Below the pieces are notes generated by a model that saw nothing but the letters and a program-made list of their open reading frames with translations, did no database searches and had not been told where the DNA came from. DNA of 59,529 nucleotides, filler included, from Candidatus Desantisbacteria bacterium CG1_02_49_89 (GTDB lineage Bacteria; Desantisbacteria; UBA1551): the NCBI GenBank assembly GCA_001871075.1. It is 6 parts of 6 records of this genome, joined end to end, with 100 filler letters (N's around TTAATTAATTAA, not from the genome) between each part and the next. Parts side by side here need not be neighbours in the genome. Positions count along the whole stretch, not along the records: positions 19,657 to 28,750 come from MNUP01000113.1; 5 more parts are not named here. One strand, given 5' to 3'. How positions within the stretch are numbered: position 1 is the first letter of the stretch; every line of letters begins with the position of its first letter. Positions 19,657-28,487 of this stretch are shown in pieces. A program made the position numbers and the translations under genes.

Positions 19657-19858
19657 CGAAGATAAGCAGTGGAAGGGGTTGCAGCTCGCAAAATGGCCCA
19701 GGTGGTTCCTGGATGGTGAGAAAAGCCCCGCAGGTCGCCTGACCTTCTATACCTGGAAACATTACAACAAGAATTCGCCGCTCCTTGAATCCGGCCTGCT
19801 GGGCCCTGTGCGGATCGTTTCTTCTGTCAAAGAAACTATCCGGATGCAGACGGATTAG
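19657..19858 (+). CDS. C-terminal fragment of a GH106/GH2-like glycoside hydrolase (not in ORF track)
   Basis: Hand translation: EDKQWKGLQLAKWPRWFLDGEKSPAGRLTFYTWKHYNKNSPLLESGLLGPVRI...*; SGLLGPV is typical of these C-termini. Confidence 0.7.
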
Positions 19859-19890
19859 ATAATACGGATGCAAACAGATTCCTTGATTTT

Positions 19891-19969
19891 GTCATTGCGA
19901 GCCGAAGCCGCGAGCTGAAACCACGAGCGAAGCGTGGTGGGCAGCGTGGCGGGCAAGCGAAGCAATCTC
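19891..19969 (+). repeat. Half REP element carrying a self-nested hairpin insert
   Basis: GTCATTGCGAGC[CGAAGCCGCGAGC[TGAAACCACGAGCGAAGCGTGGTGGGC]AGCGTGGCGGGC]AAGCGAAGCAATCTC. Confidence 0.8.
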
Positions 19970-20004
19970 AAATTATTGAGACCTTAATCAAATTATGTAT
20001 ATAC

Positions 20005-20032
20005 TTGACAAATCCAAAAATATGTATATAAT
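20005..20032 (+). promoter_or_regulatory. Sigma70 promoter of brnTA overlapped by probable antitoxin operators
   Basis: TTGACA-16-TATAAT; TATGTATATA repeated at 19994 and 20021. Confidence 0.75.
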
Positions 20033-20043
20033 AGAGATATACA

Positions 20044-20340
20044 ATGAAACTGATCCCCGAGCCTGTAAATTTCGACTGGGATAAAGGCAATCTGGCAAAA
20101 AATTGGGATAAGCACAGGGTGACCAACCTCGAGTGCGAGGAAATATTTTATAACGATCCCTTAGTCGTGAAGGCCAGGATAGAAGGGTACACCGAGGAAC
20201 GTTTCTACGCTATAGGCAAAACCGGCAGGGACCGCTTCTTGTTCGTTGTTTTTATCGTAAGAGCTGGAAAGGTCAGGATTATTTCGGCGCGCGACGCAAA
20301 CAAAAAGGAAAAGGTGATATACAATGAAAAAGGCAGATAA
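20044..20340 (+). CDS. brnT: BrnT family toxin (DUF497)
   Basis: FDWDKGNLAKNWDKHRV, EERFYAIG, VRIISARDANKKE. Confidence 0.9.
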   Translation: MKLIPEPVNFDWDKGNLAKNWDKHRVTNLECEEIFYNDPLVVKARIEGYTEERFYAIGKTGRDRFLFVVFIVRAGKVRIISARDANKKEKVIYNEKGR

Positions 20341-20623
20341 GCTGAAGAAGATACAGAAATTCAAGAACGAGGGCGAAGAAGCTGAGTTCTGGTCTTCCCG
20401 CGATTCAACCGAATTTATTGACTGGTCAAAGGCGGAACGCGCCTGCTTCCCTAATCTGCGCCCTTCATCCAGGCATATTTCAATAAGACTGCCTGAAAGC
20501 CTGCTCGCTCTCGTGAAGAGCGTGGCAAACAAAAAAGATGTTCCCTACCAGTCCCTGATAAAAACCTACATTGCCGACAAGGTAAGGGAAGACTTTGCCG
20601 GTTACAGGGCAAAAAAATCCTGA
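20324..20623 (+). CDS. brnA: BrnA/CopG-family antitoxin
   Basis: EEAEFWSSRDS, ISIRLPESLL...VPYQSLIK ribbon-helix-helix; overlaps the toxin stop. Confidence 0.88.
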   Translation: MKKADKLKKIQKFKNEGEEAEFWSSRDSTEFIDWSKAERACFPNLRPSSRHISIRLPESLLALVKSVANKKDVPYQSLIKTYIADKVREDFAGYRAKKS

Positions 20624-20639
20624 AAATCAGGCACAGTAT

Positions 20640-20764
20640 TACTGAGTTTTGCATAATACCTTGATGGCTGTCTTTGCGAGCCGAAGCCGCGAGCGAAGCG
20701 TGGCGGGCAAGCGAAGCAATCTCGTATCTGGATTGCCACACTCACTTCATTCGTTCGCAATGAC
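20640..20764 (+). mobile_element. MITE family B, left end plus palindromic core (partial)
   Basis: TACTGAGTTTTGCATAATACCTTGA matches the left end of 29273-29423; no matching right end seen. Confidence 0.65.
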
Positions 20765-20782
20765 ATTATTGGATTATTCGAT

Positions 20783-21460
20783 ATGGATAAAGTCATATAT
20801 GAATTAAACAGGTGCAACCAGCGCTCTGAAAGGATGCTTTCAGTCATAGACCTTCTGAACGCGGGCGCATGTTCAGCTGACATGGCGGCTTATATAGCCG
20901 AAGGCGTTTTCCGCGGAGCGTCCCTGCTTGTCGGCGCAAAGCCGTCAGGCGGGGGAAAGACCACTGTAATGGCAGCGTTCCTTGCTTTTGTTCCTGCGGA
21001 TACTGTTATTATACCTGTGGAAAGCGCCCAAGATATCGAAGGCCTTTCAGATAGTTCGCGTAATATTTGTTTCTTAAGCCACGAAATAGGTAGCGGTCAT
21101 TTTTACGCGTATGTTTGGGGAGAGGAGGCGCGCCTTTTCTTTTCAAGAGCCGGTTCCTGCCAGATAGCGTCCAACCTTCACGCGGATACACTTGAGCAGG
21201 CAGAAGACATAATCCTGAACCAGAACAGCGTAAAAAAAGAGGATCTTGCAAGGATAAGGTTCCTTGTTTTTCTTGAGCAGGGCAGGAGCGGCAATAAAAA
21301 ATTCTCGCGCGTCTATGAGTCAGGTGCCAATGGGCGTTCGGAGCTGTCAGAGCCGTTGACTCTGAACAAGCGTCAGCAGGAATTCAAGAAGTTTTTGCTG
21401 GACACGCAGAAGAAAGGCATTTATTTAATTGAGGAAGTCCGCTCCGCATTCCTAAAATAG
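20783..21460 (+). CDS. Small stand-alone P-loop ATPase resembling the catalytic domain of VirB11/CpaF secretion ATPases
   Basis: Walker A GAKPSGGGKTT, CFLSHEIG, SNLHADT (His-box-like). Confidence 0.6.
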   Translation: MDKVIYELNRCNQRSERMLSVIDLLNAGACSADMAAYIAEGVFRGASLLVGAKPSGGGKTTVMAAFLAFVPADTVIIPVESAQDIEGLSDSSRNICFLSHEIGSGHFYAYVWGEEARLFFSRAGSCQIASNLHADTLEQAEDIILNQNSVKKEDLARIRFLVFLEQGRSGNKKFSRVYESGANGRSELSEPLTLNKRQQEFKKFLLDTQKKGIYLIEEVRSAFLK

Positions 21461-21506
21461 GGACAGCCCCCATTTTTTATTTGCCTGATAAATAAGGATA
21501 ATAATT

Positions 21507-21959
21507 GTGTCTATAAGATTGCTTACAAAAGATGAAGGAGAAATACTTGGGGAATTCTTCACAAGCCTTTCAGAGAAGACCGTTTACTTTTTTCACCCGC
21601 ACAAGATGACGTATGAAGACGGCAGGGAACAAGCGAAAAAGATAGACAGGGGAGAGATCAGGATCTTCGGGGCTTTTCCGGAAGATGATCCCGGGAAACT
21701 GGCCGGATATATTTTCGCTACGAATGAGCCGGTTGTAAAGCTGGGTTTCTGCGTGCGCGACGAATGCCAGGGCCAGGGCGTAGGCCAGGAACTTTTAAAA
21801 TATGTCATTGATTCCTGCCGCGCTGAAGGAAGGAAGGGCATTTCCCTTGAAGTATTTAAGGACAACCCCCGCGCAATCCATGTTTATGAAAAATCAGGTT
21901 TTAAGATCTGCGGCGAAACCGATGATAAAGTACAGCACAGGATGACACTCAACTTCTGA
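21507..21959 (+). CDS. GNAT family acetyltransferase
   Basis: CQGQGVGQELL, LEVFKDNPRAIHVYEKSGF. Confidence 0.9.
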   Translation: MSIRLLTKDEGEILGEFFTSLSEKTVYFFHPHKMTYEDGREQAKKIDRGEIRIFGAFPEDDPGKLAGYIFATNEPVVKLGFCVRDECQGQGVGQELLKYVIDSCRAEGRKGISLEVFKDNPRAIHVYEKSGFKICGETDDKVQHRMTLNF

Positions 21960-22059
21960 TTTCAAATTTCAAATTGCAAATTTTAAATTGCAAATTTTCA
22001 AACTGTGTCCATCAGTGTTGATCCGTGTCAAAATTGTTTTAGCTCAAAGATGAATTTCA

Positions 22060-22087
22060 TTGACATTTCTGAAATACATGCTATAAT
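22060..22087 (+). promoter_or_regulatory. Sigma70 promoter with extended -10
   Basis: TTGACA-16-TATAAT with TG-N-TATAAT; predicted start at about 22093. Confidence 0.8.
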
Positions 22088-22092
22088 ATATA

Positions 22093-22256
22093 CATTAGTA
22101 AAATAATTAAAGGCAAATCCCGGGCAACCGGGACGCGCAAAGCCAAGGGTCCTTAAAAAATGATTACAGTGTCGCCCCTACGGCGACCCGCCGATGAGGC
22201 GGGATTTTAGCTGAGATTACAGTGATCATATAAGGGGACAGCCGGGCTGCCTGTGG
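22093..22256 (+). ncRNA. c-di-GMP-I (GEMM) riboswitch aptamer with an approximately 75-nt insertion in P3
   Basis: GGCAAA-TCCCGG-GCAA-CCGGGA-CG-CGCAAAGCCAAGGGTCCTTA ... TAAGGGGACAGCCGGGCTGCC matches the GEMM consensus on both sides of the insert. Confidence 0.85.
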
Positions 22257-22285
22257 TTGAACACCACCAGAAAAGTATAATGCGG

Positions 22286-22325
22286 CCCATCCACAGGAAC
22301 AACCTGATCGGATGGGTATTTTTTT
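22286..22325 (+). terminator. Riboswitch expression-platform terminator
   Basis: CCCATCC...GGATGGG plus TATTTTTTT; its CCACAGG (22291-22297) is complementary to the aptamer 3' CCTGTGG (22250-22256). Confidence 0.75.
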
Positions 22326-22369
22326 AACCACGGATTAACACGGATTTTCACGGATACGTACAGAAAAAG

Positions 22370-24991
22370 ATGATGAAACAAAATAGATTGCTAATTGCTG
22401 GGATAATGATGCTGGCGGTCCTTACGCTCTGCGCGGGAGAAGCGGGAGCTATGAGCGCTTTCTCCGTGGGCGGGAACGGTGAGATCTATACCTACAGGGG
22501 ATTGCTGGACCATTTCTTCCAGGAATCCGGATACACGCTTGAAAGCCGGCTTTACCTGGACAGCGAATACGGACAGTGGCTGCAGCTCGCGGAGTTCAAA
22601 ACATTTAACAGTGTTGGTACTTTGGTTAAGTACCAATCATACACCCAGGCCCAGCTCCAATCAGGGCCGATCATAATGTTGACAGACAATGAAGCGGCAA
22701 GCGGCAACTATACCGTTGAGATCCTTATTCACACCCCGCTGAAACCGCTGGGCACGCAGATACTTGACGTTGAGGGCACGATCGAGGGAACCATACAGGG
22801 TTCGGGAAATCCCGCAGGTACCATTATCGGCTGGGGAGTTAATGACTGCCCCGACTTCGCTAAGGGCAGGGAATATCCCGGCTGGTTCACGTACAGGCTG
22901 CGCCTCGGCGGATGCATATGGATAGCGCCCGCGATCCACGTGCGCAACACCAACGAAATTATCTACAGCACTGACGCGCTTGCCGGTTACGGCCTGGACG
23001 GATCATTCTATTATCCGGGCAGGGCTTTCATAGCGCGCTTGAAAGACGTGCTTGAGGACAATCCGGGTTCAACCGCTGACGATCATCCTTTTTCCTACGC
23101 CATTTTCGGCAACGACAAGATAAACGTTCTGCAGTTCACTGGAAATTCCTACACGGACAGTTATAATTCGGACATAGGCCCTTACAGCGTGAGCCGCAGC
23201 AGCTCAGGCGGAAGCATACGCAGCAATTCCTCGATACTCCTGACAGGCAACGTAGTTATAAACGGGGACGCGACACCTGGCCCCGGCGGGCAGGTGGACC
23301 TGAGCAACAACGCCAGGGTCACGGGCTCAACCGCCCCTGCAGGGAATTTCGTGAATTTCCCTCCTGTAAAAGACTTCACTTCAACTGAAAACCTTTCAAT
23401 AGCCGGGAACAGCTCACTCACTCTCAACACAGGGGCTTATTACTATAACTCGGTGAGCGTTACAGGCAATGCCGCGCTTTATATAAACGGAAAGGTCGAG
23501 ATCTACTGCGCGGGTGATTTCATCGCCGCAGGGAACGGGGTGGTGAACAATGACGGCCTGCGCGCAGGGGTCTGCTCAAACCTTTCGGTTTATGTCAGCG
23601 GTTTGAACGCGGAGATCCCGGGTAACGGGAAGTTCTTCGGCACGATTTACGCGCCCAGCGCGACTGTTGAAGTAAAGGGGAACGGCAACCTTTACGGTTC
23701 CATAATCGGCCGCAAGGTCAAGGTCAACGGCAACGCCGCCATACACTGGGACAGAGCACTTTTGAAGAAAGAGGTGCCTGGATGGTGGGACCCATACAGC
23801 AATTCATACGTAACAGCGTGGGAGGACCTGCAGTCAGTTGTAGGCAACGACCGCGACTATGATGACATCAACTACCACATTACGTTCAGCCTTGCGAATC
23901 CTGTTCCGGGCGAAGCGAAGGCGATGGTAACCACTCCGAAGAACGGCCAGACAATTGACGGGAACGCTGTCAGCATCGTCGCAGAATCCAATGAAAAAAC
24001 CTGCTCGGTGCAGTTCCAGTTCAGGGCAAAGGGCAGCGGGCCGTGGTCAGACCTGGGATTCCTTGATAACGCAATACCATATTCGGCGAAGCTTAACGCG
24101 AGTCTGCTCAGTGAGGGAGAATACGAGCTGCGCGCGATGGCTTTTGACAAGAACGGCAACTGCGAACCGGTCCCGGACTACATAACGGTGGCAGTCGCTC
24201 ACGCGGATGCCGACATACAGGAAGGAAATAACGGCGGGGTGGTCTGCAAGAAGCAGAAGGTTACAGCCGCAGAGGACTGCGATGTAACGCTTGCTGACGG
24301 GACAAAGGTATATATACCCTATAATGCACTCAGCGAACCTGCGACTTTAAGCGTGAACGTGATCAGCCAGGACAGCATCCGCGGTTCTTTGCCGAAGAGC
24401 GGGTCAGGCCTCTCGCCCATAGGGGTTTTCAGGAGTTTCTCGCTTTCCAGCGGCGAACAGGCGTTCAAGAGGAACGTGCGCATTTCCATTCCCTATCCTG
24501 ACGTGAACCGGGACGGTAAGGTTGACGGCTGCAATGTCCCGGCGGGAAAGCTGGGTATATTCTGGCTGAACGAGAAGACCGGTAAATGGGAGGAAGTATC
24601 AGCCGGCAAGCTCACAGCATCAGGGCTTGCCCAGGCAGACGCTGCGGACGGGACGCTTGAAGCAAGCGTCAGCCATTTCAGCATTTACGGATTGATGGTA
24701 AAGGGGATGGCAACAGACCTTTCTTCGGTGAAGATCGGACCAAATCCGTTCAAGCCGGCTACTGTTCCAAATATAACTTTTGACGGTATGACGAACGGCG
24801 CAACTGTTAAAATATTTAACCTTGCTGGGGAACTTGTGTTCAGCGCAGAGGACACGGATAATAACGGAATTGTAACATGGGATGGAACGAACGCTGCGGC
24901 GGAAGAGGTAGCGAGCGGCGTTTATTACTACGCGATAACCGACGCGAACGGCAACAAGCCCGCCACCGGCAAGTTCCTTCTGATACGCTAA
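22370..24991 (+). CDS. Large secreted multidomain protein with C-terminal T9SS type-A-like/FlgD-Ig domain
   Basis: Signal peptide; GN-rich beta-solenoid (IYAPSATVEVKGNGNLYGSIIG); WEDL...DRDYDD; Ig-like domain; ZU5-like domain ending SHFS; CTD GPNPFKP...KIFNLAGELV...WDG...VASGVYYY...KFLLIR. Confidence 0.85.
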   Translation: MMKQNRLLIAGIMMLAVLTLCAGEAGAMSAFSVGGNGEIYTYRGLLDHFFQESGYTLESRLYLDSEYGQWLQLAEFKTFNSVGTLVKYQSYTQAQLQSGPIIMLTDNEAASGNYTVEILIHTPLKPLGTQILDVEGTIEGTIQGSGNPAGTIIGWGVNDCPDFAKGREYPGWFTYRLRLGGCIWIAPAIHVRNTNEIIYSTDALAGYGLDGSFYYPGRAFIARLKDVLEDNPGSTADDHPFSYAIFGNDKINVLQFTGNSYTDSYNSDIGPYSVSRSSSGGSIRSNSSILLTGNVVINGDATPGPGGQVDLSNNARVTGSTAPAGNFVNFPPVKDFTSTENLSIAGNSSLTLNTGAYYYNSVSVTGNAALYINGKVEIYCAGDFIAAGNGVVNNDGLRAGVCSNLSVYVSGLNAEIPGNGKFFGTIYAPSATVEVKGNGNLYGSIIGRKVKVNGNAAIHWDRALLKKEVPGWWDPYSNSYVTAWEDLQSVVGNDRDYDDINYHITFSLANPVPGEAKAMVTTPKNGQTIDGNAVSIVAESNEKTCSVQFQFRAKGSGPWSDLGFLDNAIPYSAKLNASLLSEGEYELRAMAFDKNGNCEPVPDYITVAVAHADADIQEGNNGGVVCKKQKVTAAEDCDVTLADGTKVYIPYNALSEPATLSVNVISQDSIRGSLPKSGSGLSPIGVFRSFSLSSGEQAFKRNVRISIPYPDVNRDGKVDGCNVPAGKLGIFWLNEKTGKWEEVSAGKLTASGLAQADAADGTLEASVSHFSIYGLMVKGMATDLSSVKIGPNPFKPATVPNITFDGMTNGATVKIFNLAGELVFSAEDTDNNGIVTWDGTNAAAEEVASGVYYYAITDANGNKPATGKFLLIR

Positions 24992-25070
24992 TAAGTTCAG
25001 CCACGGATATACACGGATTAATTGGTTTTTAAACTGGACACTGGATACTGGACACTGGATACTGAAAAAA

Positions 25071-26342
25071 ATGAACAGAAAAAATTTATTTATCTTTTGG
25101 GCCATAGCATTGCTTGCCTTACACCTTACACCTTACACCTTACACGATTGCTGGGCCGGTTCAGGAAGAACCGGAGCAGCATTCTTAAAGATAGGAATTG
25201 GAGCGCGCCCGGTTGCGATGGGCGAAGCCTACGTCGGTGTGGCTGACGACATCAATTCTCTATACTGGAATCCAGCCGGGCTTTCGCTGCTTACCGGAAA
25301 GCAAGTTACTTTCACGCACAATACCTGGATGCAGGGCGTGAATTATGAGTATCTTGCCTACGGGCAGAGCCTGTGTGATCTCGGTTCCATAGGGTTCAGT
25401 ATTGCGTACCTTGGTGTTGAGCCGATGCAGATTACTAACGCCGCAGGCGTGGCAACAGGCGGCAGCGTGGACGCTTCTGATCTGATGGTAGGTGTCGCGT
25501 ACGCGAAGGCGATCGGTTCGCTTTCGATCGGCGCTACCCTGAAAGTCCTGCAGGAAAGGCTGGCTTACAATTCCGCGGTAGGTATCGGCGCGGACATCGG
25601 AATACTTAAGAAATTCGAGGGAATAGAGAATCTTGCCCTGGGAGTCAATATTCAGAATATCGGAACCCCGCTTGTTTTCATAGACCCTTTAAAGGCAAGC
25701 CTGATGCCGCTAAATATAAAGGCGGGAGGCTCATGCAAGCTCAGTGAAAATATTGTGCTTGCGCTGGATATTAACTACGCCCCGCTGGATGCAAGGTTCA
25801 GCGTTAACATCGGGACGGAGTTGTGGTGCAATAAGGTCCTGGCGCTTAGGTTCGGGTACAGGACTGGGCAGTTATCCGATATTGACGCGCTTGCAGGGAT
25901 TACAGCCGGGTTCGGGTTCAGGTGGGAGGGGTGCGGGATTGACTATGCTTTCGTCCCGTACGGAAACATGGGCCAGACGCACAGGATATCACTGGTTGCT
26001 GAGTTCGGATCTGCGATAAAACTCGCGGAAAACAGCAGGATGCAGATGGCAACTCCGCGTGTGAAAGCGGACGTGAAGGGTAAGAAGGTGCTCCTGTTCT
26101 GGGCTCCAAGCGAGGAAGAAAACGTCGCGGGTTACAAGATATACGTCAGGAAAAGCCTGGAAGAAAATTACAGGTGGATAGGCGTGAAGCCGGTAAGCGA
26201 AGCGCACTATGTTTTTAACGCTGAGCCGGGCACAACATATTATATCGTGGTTACCGCGTTCAGTACAGATTATCCCACCATTGAGACCCCGTTCACGAAC
26301 GAGATAAGCGTCACGCCGGCGGATGTGCTGGCTTTAAAATAA
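25071..26342 (+). CDS. PorV/PorQ-family beta-barrel with C-terminal fibronectin type III domain
   Basis: FLKIGIGARPVAMGEAYVGVADDINSLYWNPAGL, DYAFVPYG; C-terminal LFWAPS...VAGYKIY...PGTTYYIVVTAF. Confidence 0.87.
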   Translation: MNRKNLFIFWAIALLALHLTPYTLHDCWAGSGRTGAAFLKIGIGARPVAMGEAYVGVADDINSLYWNPAGLSLLTGKQVTFTHNTWMQGVNYEYLAYGQSLCDLGSIGFSIAYLGVEPMQITNAAGVATGGSVDASDLMVGVAYAKAIGSLSIGATLKVLQERLAYNSAVGIGADIGILKKFEGIENLALGVNIQNIGTPLVFIDPLKASLMPLNIKAGGSCKLSENIVLALDINYAPLDARFSVNIGTELWCNKVLALRFGYRTGQLSDIDALAGITAGFGFRWEGCGIDYAFVPYGNMGQTHRISLVAEFGSAIKLAENSRMQMATPRVKADVKGKKVLLFWAPSEEENVAGYKIYVRKSLEENYRWIGVKPVSEAHYVFNAEPGTTYYIVVTAFSTDYPTIETPFTNEISVTPADVLALK

Positions 26343-26536
26343 TAATTGTAGAAAGCTGAAGATTATTTACAAGATCCGTAATACTCCGCAAGGTCGAATT
26401 TATTTTAAGCCCTGAGGATTTATGCCCTTCATTAGAAGTGAAAAGGCATTAAGCTATTCTTTCTCAGATGTCCTGACGCATTTATATTCCATAAATGCCT
26501 GGGCAGGGAGAATAGCAGGATTCGTGTAATAAACAC

Positions 26537-26584
26537 AAGGCGCTAAATCCGCCAAAGCATTAGTGGCGGACAAGCGCTTTTTTT
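26537..26584 (+). terminator. Terminator or attenuator just upstream of the rhs gene, with a hairpin micro-element in its loop
   Basis: AAGGCGCT...AGCGCTTT plus T-tract; loop contains TCCGCCA...TGGCGGA. Confidence 0.6.
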
Positions 26585-26597
26585 ATTCAAAACAAGG

Positions 26598-28487
26598 ATG
26601 GGTATGTTTAAAAAACATAAAATATTTTTCTTTTTAATTCTATTTATTACAATTTGCCGAATTCAGAGTTCTGTTTGCCTGGCGCAAGTAATTACGGAAC
26701 CATTTGATTTCACTGTAACTGCTTATCCTGAAATAGCGTATAATGCCAGTCTTTCAACCGTTACGGTCATAGTTGCCAAGCAGTCAGGAGGATTCGTTGA
26801 AGGTTGGCCTGTAAATTTATCCATAGAGGGAGATGCTGTTTTTATACCTTCTTCATCCAAATCAATAACGGTAAATACGGATAAAAATGGCGTTATCAAG
26901 GCAATGCTTTCCCCTCAAAAAGTCGGTTCCTGCAAAGTAAAAGCAGAAATTTTTGGCAGCACATCCGGAATAAAATACATCAACATTTCATTTTTATATA
27001 TGCCCGGAAATCCTACCGGAATCCCCTGTCGGGGAACCCAGAGAACCATAGAAGGTGTAAATACACTGAACGGAAACCTTTGTTTTACTGTCAGAGATTT
27101 TCAAATTTCTGGAAGAGGCCCTGATATTGAATTTTTCAGGACATATAACAGCCAGTCTGATTATATAGGAATATTGGGGAAGGGCTGGGTGTGTAACTAC
27201 GATATACGCATACTCAACCCCAGCGCAGGAGACACGATATATTTTATGGATGAATATGGGGGCATCAAAGGATTTTCTAAAAAAGGATCTATATATGAAC
27301 CTCCTCCCGGAGTCTATCTTAATCTTACGCAATCACAAAGCTACTGGATAGTTACCGATAAATTTGGGACCAAGTATTATTTTGATAATGGTAATTACGG
27401 TTATAACTATCCGTATTCACTTCATTTGGGACGACTTATAAAAATAGTAGATAGGAACAATAACGAATTAGTTCTGACATGGTCATTAGTCTATGTTACA
27501 ATAATTAATGGTATTCAAAAATGGTATATTAAGCTTGATTCGATAAAAAATATGTCTTCCAATCAACAAATTAATTTTTATTACAATTGTTTTGAGATGT
27601 ATAATTTTGATCCTGTATATGGTCGTAATGACCCTTATTATATCGGCGTCGTTTTTAGTATTTATGGATTCTTTGATGGGCGTAGATATGAATATAATTA
27701 TGAATATGGGGGACCTCCGGCAAGTGCCGATGCAGCACCCTATCTTGTAAACAGCTATGTTTCTCAAGGGGTAGCTAAGTATTATGGTTCATATTATAGG
27801 TACGAATCGTATATCTCCCCCTTCGGATATTATAGAAATATCTGCAAACTCATTTATGCAGACGACCCGCGTCGCAGTCCTGGCAGTTCAAGGCTTAGCT
27901 ATAAATACGATGATTTCGGAAGATTGGCGGAAATTCAGAAAGCAGACGGGTTAAATACACCCGTATTGCGTAAATTTGAATATAGGTTTTTTGAAAAAGA
28001 TGGCAAAATGCTGCCCGAAACGCACATCACAGAAAATTTTGATAACGTAAAATCCCATCTTACCATTGACAGATACAACGAAAAAGGATTCCATAGCGAA
28101 ATTGAACTGCCGAATTTTGAAAAAATAACTGCGGTCTGGGACGAGGAAAAACTAAACAAAACACAGATAAACAATAGAGGCATTATAACCGAATATTTTT
28201 ATGATGCAAAAGGAAATGTAATAAAAGAGATAATCCATGGCAGGGGAGAATATAACAAAACAGAAGTAGCTGAAAGGAGTTATAATCAGACATTCGGCGG
28301 CATTGAATGGCTGCGGAACGCAAGAGGCTACAATACCTACTGGACCTATGAAAGTAGTAACGGGAATCTCCTGCAAGTATCAGAGCAGATTGGAGGAAGC
28401 AATAAAGTAACGACCTACGGCTATAATTCATCCGGGGAAAGGATAAGCACCACGGAGGTCGGTATCAATGAAGCTAGTGCATTGTAA
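26598..28487 (+). pseudogene. Sec-signal Rhs/YD-repeat protein (Ig-like + DUF6531 + YD repeats) interrupted by IS630
   Basis: VNTLNGNL...GRGPDIEFFRTYNSQ...LGKGW (DUF6531), YDDFGRL, YFYDAKGN. The stop codon lies inside the IS left end starting at CTAG 28474. Confidence 0.82.

Noticed and set aside
22112-22251. c-AMP-GMP (GEMM-Ib) specificity for the riboswitch
   Set aside because: The 3' half resembles Geobacter-type aptamers, but the specificity position is G (GGCAAA), not A.
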